A stretch of DNA of 64,000 nucleotides from Acidobacteriaceae bacterium (lineage in GTDB: Bacteria > Acidobacteriota > Terriglobia > Terriglobales > Acidobacteriaceae): positions 1,050-65,049 of the forward strand of contig DATEPN010000602.1 in NCBI GenBank assembly GCA_035273225.1, written 5' to 3'. Below the pieces are notes generated by a model. It made no database searches. It saw only the letters and a program-made list of their open reading frames with translations, and had not been told where the DNA came from. Below are positions 41,611-51,313 of this stretch, piece by piece (the stretch's first letter is position 1; each line of letters starts with the position of its first letter). The translations under genes were made by a program, and so were the position numbers.

Positions 41611-44250
41611 TCAGTTCTCGAAAAGCCAGTCAAGATTCGCGTTGGCGCCCGTGGCGCCGAGCGCAACATGCGGCTGAATCTGAACGTTCTGCGGCGCGAA
41701 GCCGAGCACCACGCCTGCATTCCTGCCCAGATCGAGATCGTTGTCGCCGGCCGGGAGCGGCTTCGCCCAGACGGTGAGCGGAGCGGTCCTGGTTGCGGTG
41801 ACAGCATTGAAGAGTACCGGATTCCAGCTCTCCGCATCCGTGTTGCCCGGTCCGGAGCTACCGCCGTGTTCGAACCAGGCGACGAGAACCTGCGCCGGTG
41901 CTGACAGCGTGAAATGAATCGGCGCATTCTGCGAAGCAGAGAGGCGAATGCCCTCCATGCCTTCGAGTTCGGGAGCTGCAGCAGTGACGACGAACGGTTT
42001 GTCATCCCCGATCACCAGATTTTCTCCGTCGTGGAGAGAGAAGCGTTGGGCTCTGGAATCGCCCGGCAAGGTGAACGGCACTTGCGGCAGCCTTTCGGCG
42101 TGGGAGCCGGCGGCGGCCGTTACATCATGCAAGTGGCTGAGGCGGCCGCGGAAGACGGCAAGTTCTTTTTCATAGACCGGCAGCAGATCGCGCCAGCGGT
42201 CTGTGTCGGGCCCGCCGCGCACGGGAATCCTGCGTTGTGAGGTCTGGAGTCCCGCGGCATCGCGATAGGTCTTGTCGGTAAGCGTGGTGAGTTCGCGAAA
42301 ATCGGCGACACTTTGTTCCAGCAGAGGAAGGGCGCGATGCAGATGAGCTTCATCGCGATCGCGGCCGTAGAGCATCACCTGTTCGGCAGCATGGGTCTTC
42401 GCCTGGTAGAAGAGCATCAGCAGGTGAATGGCACGCATGTCGCTCACGATGCGCTCATACTCGACGAGATTCTTTGTAATTCCGGGAGCAGCAGCTTCGG
42501 CCGCAGCCAGAGCGTCCGCAGAGGCCTGTGCCACCTCATCGGCAACGGCGATGGGAGTTTCCCCTTCGTGCGGGAGACCTTGTGCTTCTCTGGCGACATA
42601 ATCGTCGAGGCGTTCTCCGGGGGGCGCGTCGCCGGTCCAGAGAGTTTGCGCAGGACCATAGCGAGCGGCGTCGATCAATTCGGGCATGGTCATGCCGAGC
42701 GCAAAAGCCTGGCGATTGCCCTCAGTAATGCCGATGCGCGGCAGCAGCCGAGGCTGGCAGGGTCCGGCGAGCGTATAGGCGCGAAGCAGGTCCTGTCCGG
42801 CCTGGAGTGTGCCAAAGCGGTGGGCAAACTGCGCTGACCAATACGTGCGCTCTTTCTCCGGATCTCGATTGGGATTCCAGGCATAGCGTCCCCAGGCGTC
42901 AAACCAGATCCAGTCGCGGTCAATCTGCTGCAGCGGCGGGGTCGTTTTATCGGCGGAGATGGGCCAGTCCCAGTAACGCAGCGGATAGACATGAACGCCG
43001 CGAATGCCGATGCGCTGAAACCGCAGCACGGTCTCGCGGATGAAGTCCGGGTCGCCCCAGCGGAAAGGCTCCAGATTCGAGAGCAGGTGAACATTGGCAA
43101 CGGTGATGTTCGAGTGCTGCACCAGGTCTTTGAAGCGGGCGAGGACCGGACCGCGGACATTCGTCCAGGTCAGCGATTCGCCGTTCCACTTAAACATGGT
43201 GTCGATGTTGCCGTAGAGGGGCGATGCAGCCGCAAGATCATCATCGATGTCGGTTGCGTGCGCGCGCACGACGATGGGGGGCTCCGTCGTGGAGTGGATC
43301 TCGGCGAGCCCGTCCTTCACACCGGGAATAATTGCCTGCGTGAGCCACTCAGCGCCGTGATGCGGCGAGAGAGCCTCGCCCAGGGTCATCATGAGGCCGA
43401 CGTGCGGATACTGGCGGATAAACTCGGAGATCGCGTAGCGCGTGTATGCGACGGCCAGCGGATTGGGCGCGGACAGATGATACGGCAGATGATGCGCGCG
43501 CGCGAAGGCATGGGAGAGATGAATGTTGTAGAAGCCCTGCAGAATCCAGATGCCGCGACGGTCGGCTTCCGATGTAAGCCAGCGGAACATCGCGATGTTC
43601 TGGTCCAGTTGAGCATCGGAGAGTTCCTGGGCTTCCGGATAGCGCGGCAGTTTCAGCAGCGATGTGAAGGGATGGCCGTTCCACAGATACAGGGTATTGA
43701 CGCGCTCCTCAGCGAGCATGTCGAGATAGCGCGTCCATTCGGCCTTGTCGTAGAAGAAGGGAAAGTTTTGCGGCGTGTAGGGGTAGTCGTATTCGGCGCC
43801 TTCGTACGTGATCTCCGGCTTCTGCAAACCGATGCAGAAGCCGCGCAGCAGCAGCGATGGGTGATCTTCGTAGTCGAGAGTCGCGGGTAATGCGTGCGCG
43901 GTTCTGATGCGGCCCGCGAGTTCGAGCGCCCCGTAGAGCACACCGGACGCGTCGTAGCCCGCGACGACAATCGTGGAACCGAATCGATGCAGGACGAATG
44001 CCTCCTGCGCGTTGGGCCAGAAGGTTTCCAGCTGCCGGTCGAAGTGCGCGAGCAGAAGCGACGAGCGCTGCGCCACCAGGATCGTCGCGTTCCCCGGCAC
44101 ACCGCGCAGGGTGGCCCTGAGCTGCTCGGCGCCGTAGATCTCGCGCGCTGTGGCATCCGGCGCGGTGCGAACACGGACCATAGCCGAGGAGGGGAACGCG
44201 CTGAGCGCAAGAAAGGCTGCGGCGGCAAGCATAATGCTCGGTTTCCTCAT
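41611..44250 (-). CDS. Putative glycoside hydrolase, 879 aa: GH20b/GH67N-like N-terminal domain plus TIM barrel plus C-terminal domains, family unassigned
   Basis: Signal peptide. The N-domain pattern A.EL...L...........EAF.L......I.V.G.D..G.LYG..EL is typical of hexosaminidase/alpha-glucuronidase N-domains. This is followed by LRGF.....E....YDYPY....FPFF....W..YLD.L...R.N.L.LW. Confidence 0.45.
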   Translation of the reverse strand: MRKPSIMLAAAAFLALSAFPSSAMVRVRTAPDATAREIYGAEQLRATLRGVPGNATILVAQRSSLLLAHFDRQLETFWPNAQEAFVLHRFGSTIVVAGYDASGVLYGALELAGRIRTAHALPATLDYEDHPSLLLRGFCIGLQKPEITYEGAEYDYPYTPQNFPFFYDKAEWTRYLDMLAEERVNTLYLWNGHPFTSLLKLPRYPEAQELSDAQLDQNIAMFRWLTSEADRRGIWILQGFYNIHLSHAFARAHHLPYHLSAPNPLAVAYTRYAISEFIRQYPHVGLMMTLGEALSPHHGAEWLTQAIIPGVKDGLAEIHSTTEPPIVVRAHATDIDDDLAAASPLYGNIDTMFKWNGESLTWTNVRGPVLARFKDLVQHSNITVANVHLLSNLEPFRWGDPDFIRETVLRFQRIGIRGVHVYPLRYWDWPISADKTTPPLQQIDRDWIWFDAWGRYAWNPNRDPEKERTYWSAQFAHRFGTLQAGQDLLRAYTLAGPCQPRLLPRIGITEGNRQAFALGMTMPELIDAARYGPAQTLWTGDAPPGERLDDYVAREAQGLPHEGETPIAVADEVAQASADALAAAEAAAPGITKNLVEYERIVSDMRAIHLLMLFYQAKTHAAEQVMLYGRDRDEAHLHRALPLLEQSVADFRELTTLTDKTYRDAAGLQTSQRRIPVRGGPDTDRWRDLLPVYEKELAVFRGRLSHLHDVTAAAGSHAERLPQVPFTLPGDSRAQRFSLHDGENLVIGDDKPFVVTAAAPELEGMEGIRLSASQNAPIHFTLSAPAQVLVAWFEHGGSSGPGNTDAESWNPVLFNAVTATRTAPLTVWAKPLPAGDNDLDLGRNAGVVLGFAPQNVQIQPHVALGATGANANLDWLFEN

Positions 44251-44280
44251 GAACTCTCTTTCGTCTCTCCGGGCGCGTTC

Positions 44281-46800
44281 TCAAACGAAGCGCAGGTGGT
44301 AAGTTTCTCCGCGTCGCACGCGGATGCGGAATTGGCCCTCACCCGCGGGGCTGATGAATCCGGAATGCGTGCCGGGAGCGGCCTCGATGCGCTGGCCGCG
44401 CGGCGCTGCGAGCACGTGTTCTCCGTCGCGCAGGGCGTGCAGCGTGGCGTTTTCTGCTTTGCCCTCTCGCCAGGCAAGATCAACGGCAAGACCGCCGCGG
44501 GCGCGCAGGCCGGCAAAGCGTCCATCTGGCCAGGCAGACGGCAGGGCGGCCAGCAGGCGGATGATCCCGCGGTGGCTCTGCAGCAGCATCTCAGCCATGC
44601 CGGCGGGCGCGCCGAGATTGCCGTCGATCTGGTAGTACGAGTTCTGCTTGATGCCACAGACGTCGAACAGATTTTCGCGCGTGGAGAGGCGAAGCAACTC
44701 GGTCAGCTGCTGGTGGCAGCGGTCACCATCTTCGAGCCGGGCAAAGCAGTTAATGACCCAGGCGCGGCTCCAGCCGGTGCTGCCGCCGCCGTGTTCCAGC
44801 CTGCGATCGAGTGCGACACGGCATGCCTGTGCCAGCTTCGGTGCGTCGCGCAGCGTGATCTGGTCGTCGGGATACAGTGCCCAGAGATGGGAGATGTGGC
44901 GATGCCCGGGCTCGACCTCGTCATAGTCTTCCTGCCACTCCTGCAGGTTGCCGTAACGTCCGATTTTGTACGAGGGCAACCGCGATGCAGCGGCGGCCAT
45001 TTGTGTGCGCAATGCTTCGTCCACGCCGAGGATCTGCGCGGCATGGCTCGCCTTGTCGAAGATGGCCCGCGTGATCTCGATATCCATCGTCGGCGCCATG
45101 CATAGATTGGCGCGCGAACCATCCGGAAGGCGGTAGGCGTTTTCCGGCGAACAGGACGGGCCAGTCACAAGATGGCCCTCGGGCGAAGGCGTCAGGTAAT
45201 CGAGCAGAAAAATGGCGACCTCGCGCAGCCGCGGATACGCGCGGTCGCGGAGAAACTCCCGGTCGCCGGTGTAGAGGTAGTGATCCCAAAGCTGGGTGGA
45301 CATCCAGGCGGCGCCCATCGGCCAGATACCACCACCTAAGCCGTCGATCGGGCCGGCATCGCCCCAGATGTCTGTGTTGTGGTGCACGACGACGCCGCGC
45401 GCCTTGTAATAGCTCTTTGCCACGCGCGATCCGGCGGCTCGCGTGCTGTCGAGGAGGTCGAAGAACGGCGTGTGCAGATCGCCTAAAGCAGTGCGGTCGG
45501 CGATCCAGTAATTCATCTCTGCATTGATGTTGATGGTGTACTTCGAGCCCCAGGGTGGATCGACCGACTCGTTCCAGATGCCCTGAAGATTCGCGGCCAG
45601 CGTGCCCGGGCGCGAACTGGAGATGAGCAGATAGCGGCCGAACTGAAAATAAACCGGGAAGAGTCCGAGGTCCGTGCCACCCTCTTTGACGCGACGGAGA
45701 CGGACATCGGTGGGAAGCTTCTGGTTGGCGTCTTCGCGGGCGTCGATCTCAATGCTGGCACGGCGAAAGTACGCGCGATAGTCGGAGATGTGGCGCGTGC
45801 GCAGTTCGGCGTAGGGCCTTCTTGCGGCCGCGTGCAAATTGCGCTGAACCGCAGCGGCCATCGCCTGCTCACCGGCGGGATAGCGGAAGCTCGTGGCGCA
45901 ATCCATATATAACGTAGCGGTGTTTGCCCCCGTTACCTGCAGTTGCGCAGGATGCTCGCGATTGCCGGGCGCGACGGTGACCGAGCCGCCTTCGGCGTGA
46001 ACACGCATCCGTGCATGAAAGCGAATGCCGGTCTGCCGCTCTTTCACCGGCAGTCCCGGATTGTCATGCACCGGGAGCGCTTCTCCGGTGAGCACCAGTC
46101 CGTCTGATCCGATGACGTCCGTCGAGTGGTCGCCAGGGCGGTCGAGATGAGCGACGAAGGCGAGCGCACCGGGTTTTGAAACGGAGAGGCGGACCACGAT
46201 GACCTGATCGGGCGCAGAAGAGAAGACCTCGCGCGTGTGGCGCATCCCCGCGCGGGTAAAGGAGGTTGTGACAATAGCGCGATCGAGGTCGAGTTCCAGC
46301 GTGTAGTCAGTGACGTCGGTCGGGAGCGACGCACCAGCGCTCTGCGCCAGACCCGAGGGAGTGAAGTCGAGATAAAGATCCCCGAGCGTCTGATAGCACG
46401 GCATGCGACGCGGAATGGAAAGCATGTCGCTGACGGCCATCGCTTCCGCCTCATGCACCTTGCCCTCGAACAGCAGGCGGCGGATTTCCGGCACGGCGGC
46501 GGAGGCGCGCGGATTGTCACGATCGCGCCGTTCTCCGTCCCAGATGGACTCTTCGTTCAGTTGCACGCGCTCCAGTGAGGGACTGCCAAAGACCATCGCA
46601 CCGAGGCGGCCATTGCCCACCGGCAGAGCATCGGGCCACGATGGCGCGGGCCTCTGAAACCACAAGCGAAATTGGTTCCAGTCAGGCTCGACGATTGCGG
46701 TGCGTGGCTCTGAAGCTGATGCGAAGCGCGGCACGGTCGCCAGGAAAGCTCCGCCGAGAGCGGCATCGCGAAGAAATCGGCGGCGGCTGATCCTGGGCAT
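44281..46800 (-). CDS. GH95 alpha-L-fucosidase/alpha-L-galactosidase family protein
   Basis: Tat signal. The canonical GH95 N-terminus LW...PA..W.DALP.GNGRLGAMVFG....E..QLNE.S.W, and LQGIWN. Confidence 0.85.
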   Translation of the reverse strand: MPRISRRRFLRDAALGGAFLATVPRFASASEPRTAIVEPDWNQFRLWFQRPAPSWPDALPVGNGRLGAMVFGSPSLERVQLNEESIWDGERRDRDNPRASAAVPEIRRLLFEGKVHEAEAMAVSDMLSIPRRMPCYQTLGDLYLDFTPSGLAQSAGASLPTDVTDYTLELDLDRAIVTTSFTRAGMRHTREVFSSAPDQVIVVRLSVSKPGALAFVAHLDRPGDHSTDVIGSDGLVLTGEALPVHDNPGLPVKERQTGIRFHARMRVHAEGGSVTVAPGNREHPAQLQVTGANTATLYMDCATSFRYPAGEQAMAAAVQRNLHAAARRPYAELRTRHISDYRAYFRRASIEIDAREDANQKLPTDVRLRRVKEGGTDLGLFPVYFQFGRYLLISSSRPGTLAANLQGIWNESVDPPWGSKYTININAEMNYWIADRTALGDLHTPFFDLLDSTRAAGSRVAKSYYKARGVVVHHNTDIWGDAGPIDGLGGGIWPMGAAWMSTQLWDHYLYTGDREFLRDRAYPRLREVAIFLLDYLTPSPEGHLVTGPSCSPENAYRLPDGSRANLCMAPTMDIEITRAIFDKASHAAQILGVDEALRTQMAAAASRLPSYKIGRYGNLQEWQEDYDEVEPGHRHISHLWALYPDDQITLRDAPKLAQACRVALDRRLEHGGGSTGWSRAWVINCFARLEDGDRCHQQLTELLRLSTRENLFDVCGIKQNSYYQIDGNLGAPAGMAEMLLQSHRGIIRLLAALPSAWPDGRFAGLRARGGLAVDLAWREGKAENATLHALRDGEHVLAAPRGQRIEAAPGTHSGFISPAGEGQFRIRVRRGETYHLRFV

Positions 46801-46857
46801 GGGAGACTCCTCTTTCAGGCGAATCGAATTCGGCGCGCGAGCGGTTGCGCCTCGTTT

Positions 46858-48315
46858 TCAGTGGCTGGTGAGCAGCAGAGCGCTGTGCGGCGCAAGCTGC
46901 AGGGATTCGCGAGGGCGGCTCGGCTCGACGTGTCGAAACGCAATGCCGGTTTTAGCGTCGAGCGATGGCGCGCCCAGCGTCATCGCGATCCAGCGCGCGC
47001 CTTTGGCAAAAGGGCCGGTGAACCGGATAGTGGCGGGCGTAGTAGTTTTGTTCACAAGGGCCACAAGCTTTTCGGTGCGGCCATTGCGCATCCGGCGCGC
47101 CGCCCACGCGGATACGCGATCGCTGTTGCACTGCAGGTCAGCACGCAGCAGCATCGTTTGCGCAAAATGTTGGGCAAACTGGATCCCGAAGAACTCCGGC
47201 CGGCGCGTAAAACCGGCGGAGGGACTCCCCACGATGGGCGAGTACCATCCGTTGCCGCCGCCGTGAAGGTTCACTCCGGCAATGCCAAGCGAGGCGAAGT
47301 GAAGCATCATGTCGATGCACCACAGGGCGGATGCGAAGACGTCCGAGACGCCGGGCATGCCGCCATTCCAGCAGGAGTTCGCCTCGGAGATGCGGCAGGG
47401 GAGGTGGGCCGTCCGCATCGCGTCCTGCACGATGTCGACCTTCTCCCACTTCATCGTGGTCAGCTTCGGATCCGGGCTGAGAAGATTGTCCATCGTAGCG
47501 AGCGGATTGCCGGCTGGTCCCATCGCATAGTAATGGACGGTGAGCAGAACGATGTCCGGATGATGCGGCGCCTCCTGCGCGAATGCACTGAGATACGCAA
47601 GTTTGTTGGAGATGTCGGGGCCGGCGAAGCGGGCATCGGGGACGCGGGCAATAATCGCGGCATGGAAATCGAGCCACTCGCGGATGTATTGCTCGGGGCC
47701 ATACCCTTTGCCGCGAAAACGGCTGAAGGAGTCCGGCTCGTTCCCGATCTGCAGAGCCAGCAGGCGCGGACCGAGGATGCGATGCGCAGCCTCCGCTTCC
47801 GCCGCGGCGTTCTCCTTGCTTCCCTGGCCGAGGTTAAGTCCATAAAGGCAGGTCCACCCGGTTCCATCGAGGAACGCACGCAGATTGCGCAGTGCGAGCG
47901 CTGAAGTGACGGTGCCGGTCTTGACGGTTTTGCTGGTGTCGGGGCCGAAGATCTCGAAGGGCGGCGGTGCCGCCGGCTTCTCGGAGAAGGTGGTGTATTC
48001 GGAAGATCCTCCGCCGAGCCGCAGAACACCAGCGGGGCTGAGCTCGCGGAACATTGCGATGAGCCGTTTGTTGGACGCCGAGAAGAATGCCGGGTTAGCC
48101 AGTTGCGCGGATTCGTAGCTGAGCCCGGTGAAATCCCGCGGCACTACGTAAAGCTCCGCTGTGGGATCGACCGCGAGCGTGCCCTGAATCGTTCCGGCGT
48201 CCTCGTCTTCAGCGAGAGCGCAGCGTGAGAACCGAATCGCTGCTACACCTGCGGCAAGCGAGAGAAAGCGGCGTCGCGTGAGATCATTCACAGCGGCTTC
48301 TCCGCGCCGCCACAT
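46858..48315 (-). CDS. GH79-like (clan GH-A) glycoside hydrolase, putative beta-glucuronidase
   Basis: Tat signal (LTRRRFLSLAAG). LRLGG.S..., acid/base LQIGNEPD, and a C-terminal beta-sandwich. Start at ATG 48315. Confidence 0.55.
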   Translation of the reverse strand: MWRRGEAAVNDLTRRRFLSLAAGVAAIRFSRCALAEDEDAGTIQGTLAVDPTAELYVVPRDFTGLSYESAQLANPAFFSASNKRLIAMFRELSPAGVLRLGGGSSEYTTFSEKPAAPPPFEIFGPDTSKTVKTGTVTSALALRNLRAFLDGTGWTCLYGLNLGQGSKENAAAEAEAAHRILGPRLLALQIGNEPDSFSRFRGKGYGPEQYIREWLDFHAAIIARVPDARFAGPDISNKLAYLSAFAQEAPHHPDIVLLTVHYYAMGPAGNPLATMDNLLSPDPKLTTMKWEKVDIVQDAMRTAHLPCRISEANSCWNGGMPGVSDVFASALWCIDMMLHFASLGIAGVNLHGGGNGWYSPIVGSPSAGFTRRPEFFGIQFAQHFAQTMLLRADLQCNSDRVSAWAARRMRNGRTEKLVALVNKTTTPATIRFTGPFAKGARWIAMTLGAPSLDAKTGIAFRHVEPSRPRESLQLAPHSALLLTSH

Positions 48316-48657
48316 CCGCCCGCCGCGCTTACGCCCGGCGCATTTACAAGCTGACAAGGAATGATTGAGATCTCAGGCGGGCACGGGACCCATGGCAACG
48401 AACTTGCAGGCATGCTGAACAGCGGAACGACCCTTCGGCAGTAGTCTGGCTTTTATGCAAAACGGTAGCCGTCCGCGATGTCAAGCGAAACGGGCTTCGT
48501 GCGGCAAGTTTCTTCATCGCTGCAAAAATATGCGGCGCGACATGTCAGCCACGACGAGTGGTGGCTCGGCTCTTCGATGCGAGAGAGGGTGCTATGTTCG
48601 GTGAGGTGCCCGGACCGTGCGAGCGCGGAAATTCCTGGGCTGACTCTGGAGAAACGA

Positions 48658-49530
48658 TTGAAACCGCTGTTGCGTCATGTTGCGAATCTGTGGACGCTCA
48701 TGGGTTATCCGTCACGTGAAAACGAGTGGACGCTGGAGCGAAAACTCAAGGCCATTCGTGAGGCGGGCTTCGATGGAGTGTGCTGGGCGCCGAGTCCAGA
48801 GTTGCACCAGGGAGTGCGGCGGCACGGACTGATCTTCGTCGGCGGCATGGCACCGCGATCAGCCGCGGAGTTCCCGCCGCTGCTGGCGGAGTTGCAGCGC
48901 TGCGGTGCACACCATGTGAACGTGCAACTTGGTACGCATGACACTCCGACGAACGAGGCCCTTTCGATGATCCTGACTCTGATGGAGCAGGCGCGGCGCT
49001 TCGGGCTGGCTCCGGCCGTTGAGTCGCATCGCGGCACCTGCACGGAGACTCCCGAGAAGACGTATGCTCTCGCAGATGCGTATCAGCAGGTGACGGGCGA
49101 ATTGCTTCCCATCGCGTGGGACTTCTCGCACTTTGCGGTCGTGAAGCATCTGATGCCGGGTGAGTTCATCGCGAGATTGCTGGAGAGACCGGACCTGATT
49201 GCCAACGCGCAGCAGTTTCATTTCCGGCCATTCAATGGACACCACGTCCAGGTTCCGATCACGGATAGTAGAGGTCAGCTGACTGCAGAAATGCAGGACT
49301 GGCTGCCGTTCGCGGAGGCGGTACTGCGTTCGTGGCTGGAACAAAGCGGCGACAGCGGACGTGAGATTTTCATTTGCCCGGAACTGGGCCCGATCGAAGG
49401 CGGATATGCGCTCTCCACATTTCCCGATTCGTGGGAAGATGCAAAAATCCTGCGCGAGCAGATCGATCGCCTATGGGCGCGTGTGACATCGGGAGTGGAT
49501 GCCGATCAGGCCGTCTCGCGCCGGCGATAG
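48658..49530 (+). CDS. Xylose-isomerase-like TIM-barrel protein (sugar phosphate isomerase/epimerase family)
   Basis: NLWTL......EW.LE.KL.AI.EAGFDGV. Length of about 290 aa fits the family if the TTG at 48658 (GGAGA 5 nt upstream) is the start. The tracked ORF opens at 48478. Confidence 0.55.
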   Translation: MKPLLRHVANLWTLMGYPSRENEWTLERKLKAIREAGFDGVCWAPSPELHQGVRRHGLIFVGGMAPRSAAEFPPLLAELQRCGAHHVNVQLGTHDTPTNEALSMILTLMEQARRFGLAPAVESHRGTCTETPEKTYALADAYQQVTGELLPIAWDFSHFAVVKHLMPGEFIARLLERPDLIANAQQFHFRPFNGHHVQVPITDSRGQLTAEMQDWLPFAEAVLRSWLEQSGDSGREIFICPELGPIEGGYALSTFPDSWEDAKILREQIDRLWARVTSGVDADQAVSRRR

Positions 49531-50339
49531 TGTCCCGGAGAGCAACCGAGGACCTTTCTGAAAACGCGGTGGAATTGTGCATAGCTGCCGAAGCCCGCTT
49601 CGAGAGCGGCAGCGAGCATGGTGCGACGCTGCCCGGCGCCGTAGAGTTCGAGGAAATGCTCGATGCGCCGGCGATTTCTGAACTCAGCGATCGTAAGGCC
49701 GGTCTGTTCGTGAAAAAGACGGCTCAGGCGGGCGGCACTGAGCCCTGCCCGGCGCGCGAGCTTCTCGAGAGAGAGATTTTGATTGCCTTCCCGGATGAGA
49801 CGCGAGGCGCGCTCAACCGCCGGATGGAGGTCGCGCACGGGAACATCCGCCGCGCTCTGGAACGCTTGCCACGCTCGCAGCAAAGCATATCCGAGGCCTG
49901 CGTTCACGACTCCGGCCTGGTCTCCGGATGCAATCTCGGCGAGCAGCGCATCGAGCCGCTGTAATTCGTGCTGGGAAAGGCGTCGGCAGGTTTCGCCGCG
50001 GAACTCTCGTCTCTGCAGCGCGCGGGCGGATGCATCCGTCGCAATACGCCGGATCACGCGGCGGCGAAAGACAGCGATCCACATGCGGAAGTCGGGCGTC
50101 TGTTCGATGAGCACGTGATCCTGCGCGGGGAAGAGCCAAAGCAGGTCGCCTCGACGGATTTGGTAGCGGCGGTGGCCCAGGAGATAGACGCCCAGGCCGC
50201 GGGTGACGAGGTTCAGTTCGAGTTCGTCGTGCGTGTGGCGCCGATTGGCGGAGGCGACATGATCATACTGCCACACGCTGCCCTGCAGATCGGCCGGCAA
50301 GTGGAGGCGCTGGCGCATGACGACAAAAAACGATAACAA
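49506..50339 (-). CDS. AraC-family transcriptional regulator (cupin sensor plus 2x HTH)
   Basis: N-terminal cupin-like H.H.ELE.N.V. C-terminal LS.LA...GLS...LSRLF....G.T..EF....R.......L, and GF.S...F.R.F....G.SP..YRR. Confidence 0.85.
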   Translation of the reverse strand: MLSFFVVMRQRLHLPADLQGSVWQYDHVASANRRHTHDELELNLVTRGLGVYLLGHRRYQIRRGDLLWLFPAQDHVLIEQTPDFRMWIAVFRRRVIRRIATDASARALQRREFRGETCRRLSQHELQRLDALLAEIASGDQAGVVNAGLGYALLRAWQAFQSAADVPVRDLHPAVERASRLIREGNQNLSLEKLARRAGLSAARLSRLFHEQTGLTIAEFRNRRRIEHFLELYGAGQRRTMLAAALEAGFGSYAQFHRVFRKVLGCSPGHYRRRETA

Positions 50340-50393
50340 GTCGCCGGGAAAATGAGAAGCCGGGTGTTATTTTCGTCATCTACAGTGCGGAGC

Positions 50394-51212
50394 ATGGTCA
50401 TCACGGACGAGCAGCGCGAACTCTATCGCAACGAAGGCTACATGATTCTCCCGGGAGCGATCCCGCAGGAAATGCTCAGCATGCTGCGCGAGGAGTGCTC
50501 TTATTATCTGGGGTATTTCGATTCCATCATGGACGCCAAAGGTGTGCAGACGGAGAACATCAGCCACCGCGGCAAGCGCTACTTCATCAACAATCGCTAC
50601 CGCCTGAGCAATCGGCTGTGGAGGTTCATCTTCAGCGATCTGATGGCCGAGGTGGTGCGCGCGACCCTCGGGCCGGAGGCGTATCTCTTCCATGAGCAGT
50701 GGGTGGTCAAGGGAGCAGAGCAGGGGATGAAATTCGCGTGGCACCAGGACAGCGGGTACGTGAAATGGTATGACCCGAGCACGAAGCATCGGCCGTATGT
50801 AACCTGCTGGTGCACCCTGGACGACGTGAGCGAGGAGAACGGCACGGTCTACCTGCTACCGCACTCGCGCGGCGGCACAAAGCAAAGCATCATCGATCAC
50901 GTGCAGGAAGCGGGGACGAACGACCTGGTCGGTTATACCGGCAGCGACCCGGGCGATGCGGTGATCGTGCCGGCGGGCAGCATCGTGGCGTTCGACAGCT
51001 TTGTCTTCCATCGCAGCGGCCCGAATAAGACGGAGCGGATGCGCCGCATTTATCTGCCGCAGTACAGCGCGGCTCCAATCCTGCGCCCCGATGGAAAACC
51101 GTGGGCGATGGCTACGCCGTTTCTGAAGGATGGACGAAACATCTACGATCATGCTCGGGACACCGCAGAGGTGAATGGTCCGTTCCCGGCCATGGCCGAA
51201 CAGCCGGCGTAA
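50394..51212 (+). CDS. Phytanoyl-CoA dioxygenase (PhyH) family Fe(II)/2-oxoglutarate oxygenase
   Basis: LT-like start ITDEQRELYRNEGY. Facial triad context WHQDSGY ... and distal H (FHRSGPN). No signal peptide. Start 50394 or 50352. Confidence 0.75.
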   Translation: MVITDEQRELYRNEGYMILPGAIPQEMLSMLREECSYYLGYFDSIMDAKGVQTENISHRGKRYFINNRYRLSNRLWRFIFSDLMAEVVRATLGPEAYLFHEQWVVKGAEQGMKFAWHQDSGYVKWYDPSTKHRPYVTCWCTLDDVSEENGTVYLLPHSRGGTKQSIIDHVQEAGTNDLVGYTGSDPGDAVIVPAGSIVAFDSFVFHRSGPNKTERMRRIYLPQYSAAPILRPDGKPWAMATPFLKDGRNIYDHARDTAEVNGPFPAMAEQPA

Positions 51213-51313
51213 TGGGAGCGGAGCGGTCTGCTCGCGCACGTGAGGCGAAAGGGGAATCGCGATCCAGCGCTGTCGCGGAGGAGCGGAAAGGGTCCGGCGA
51301 AGTTCGGCCTCGT

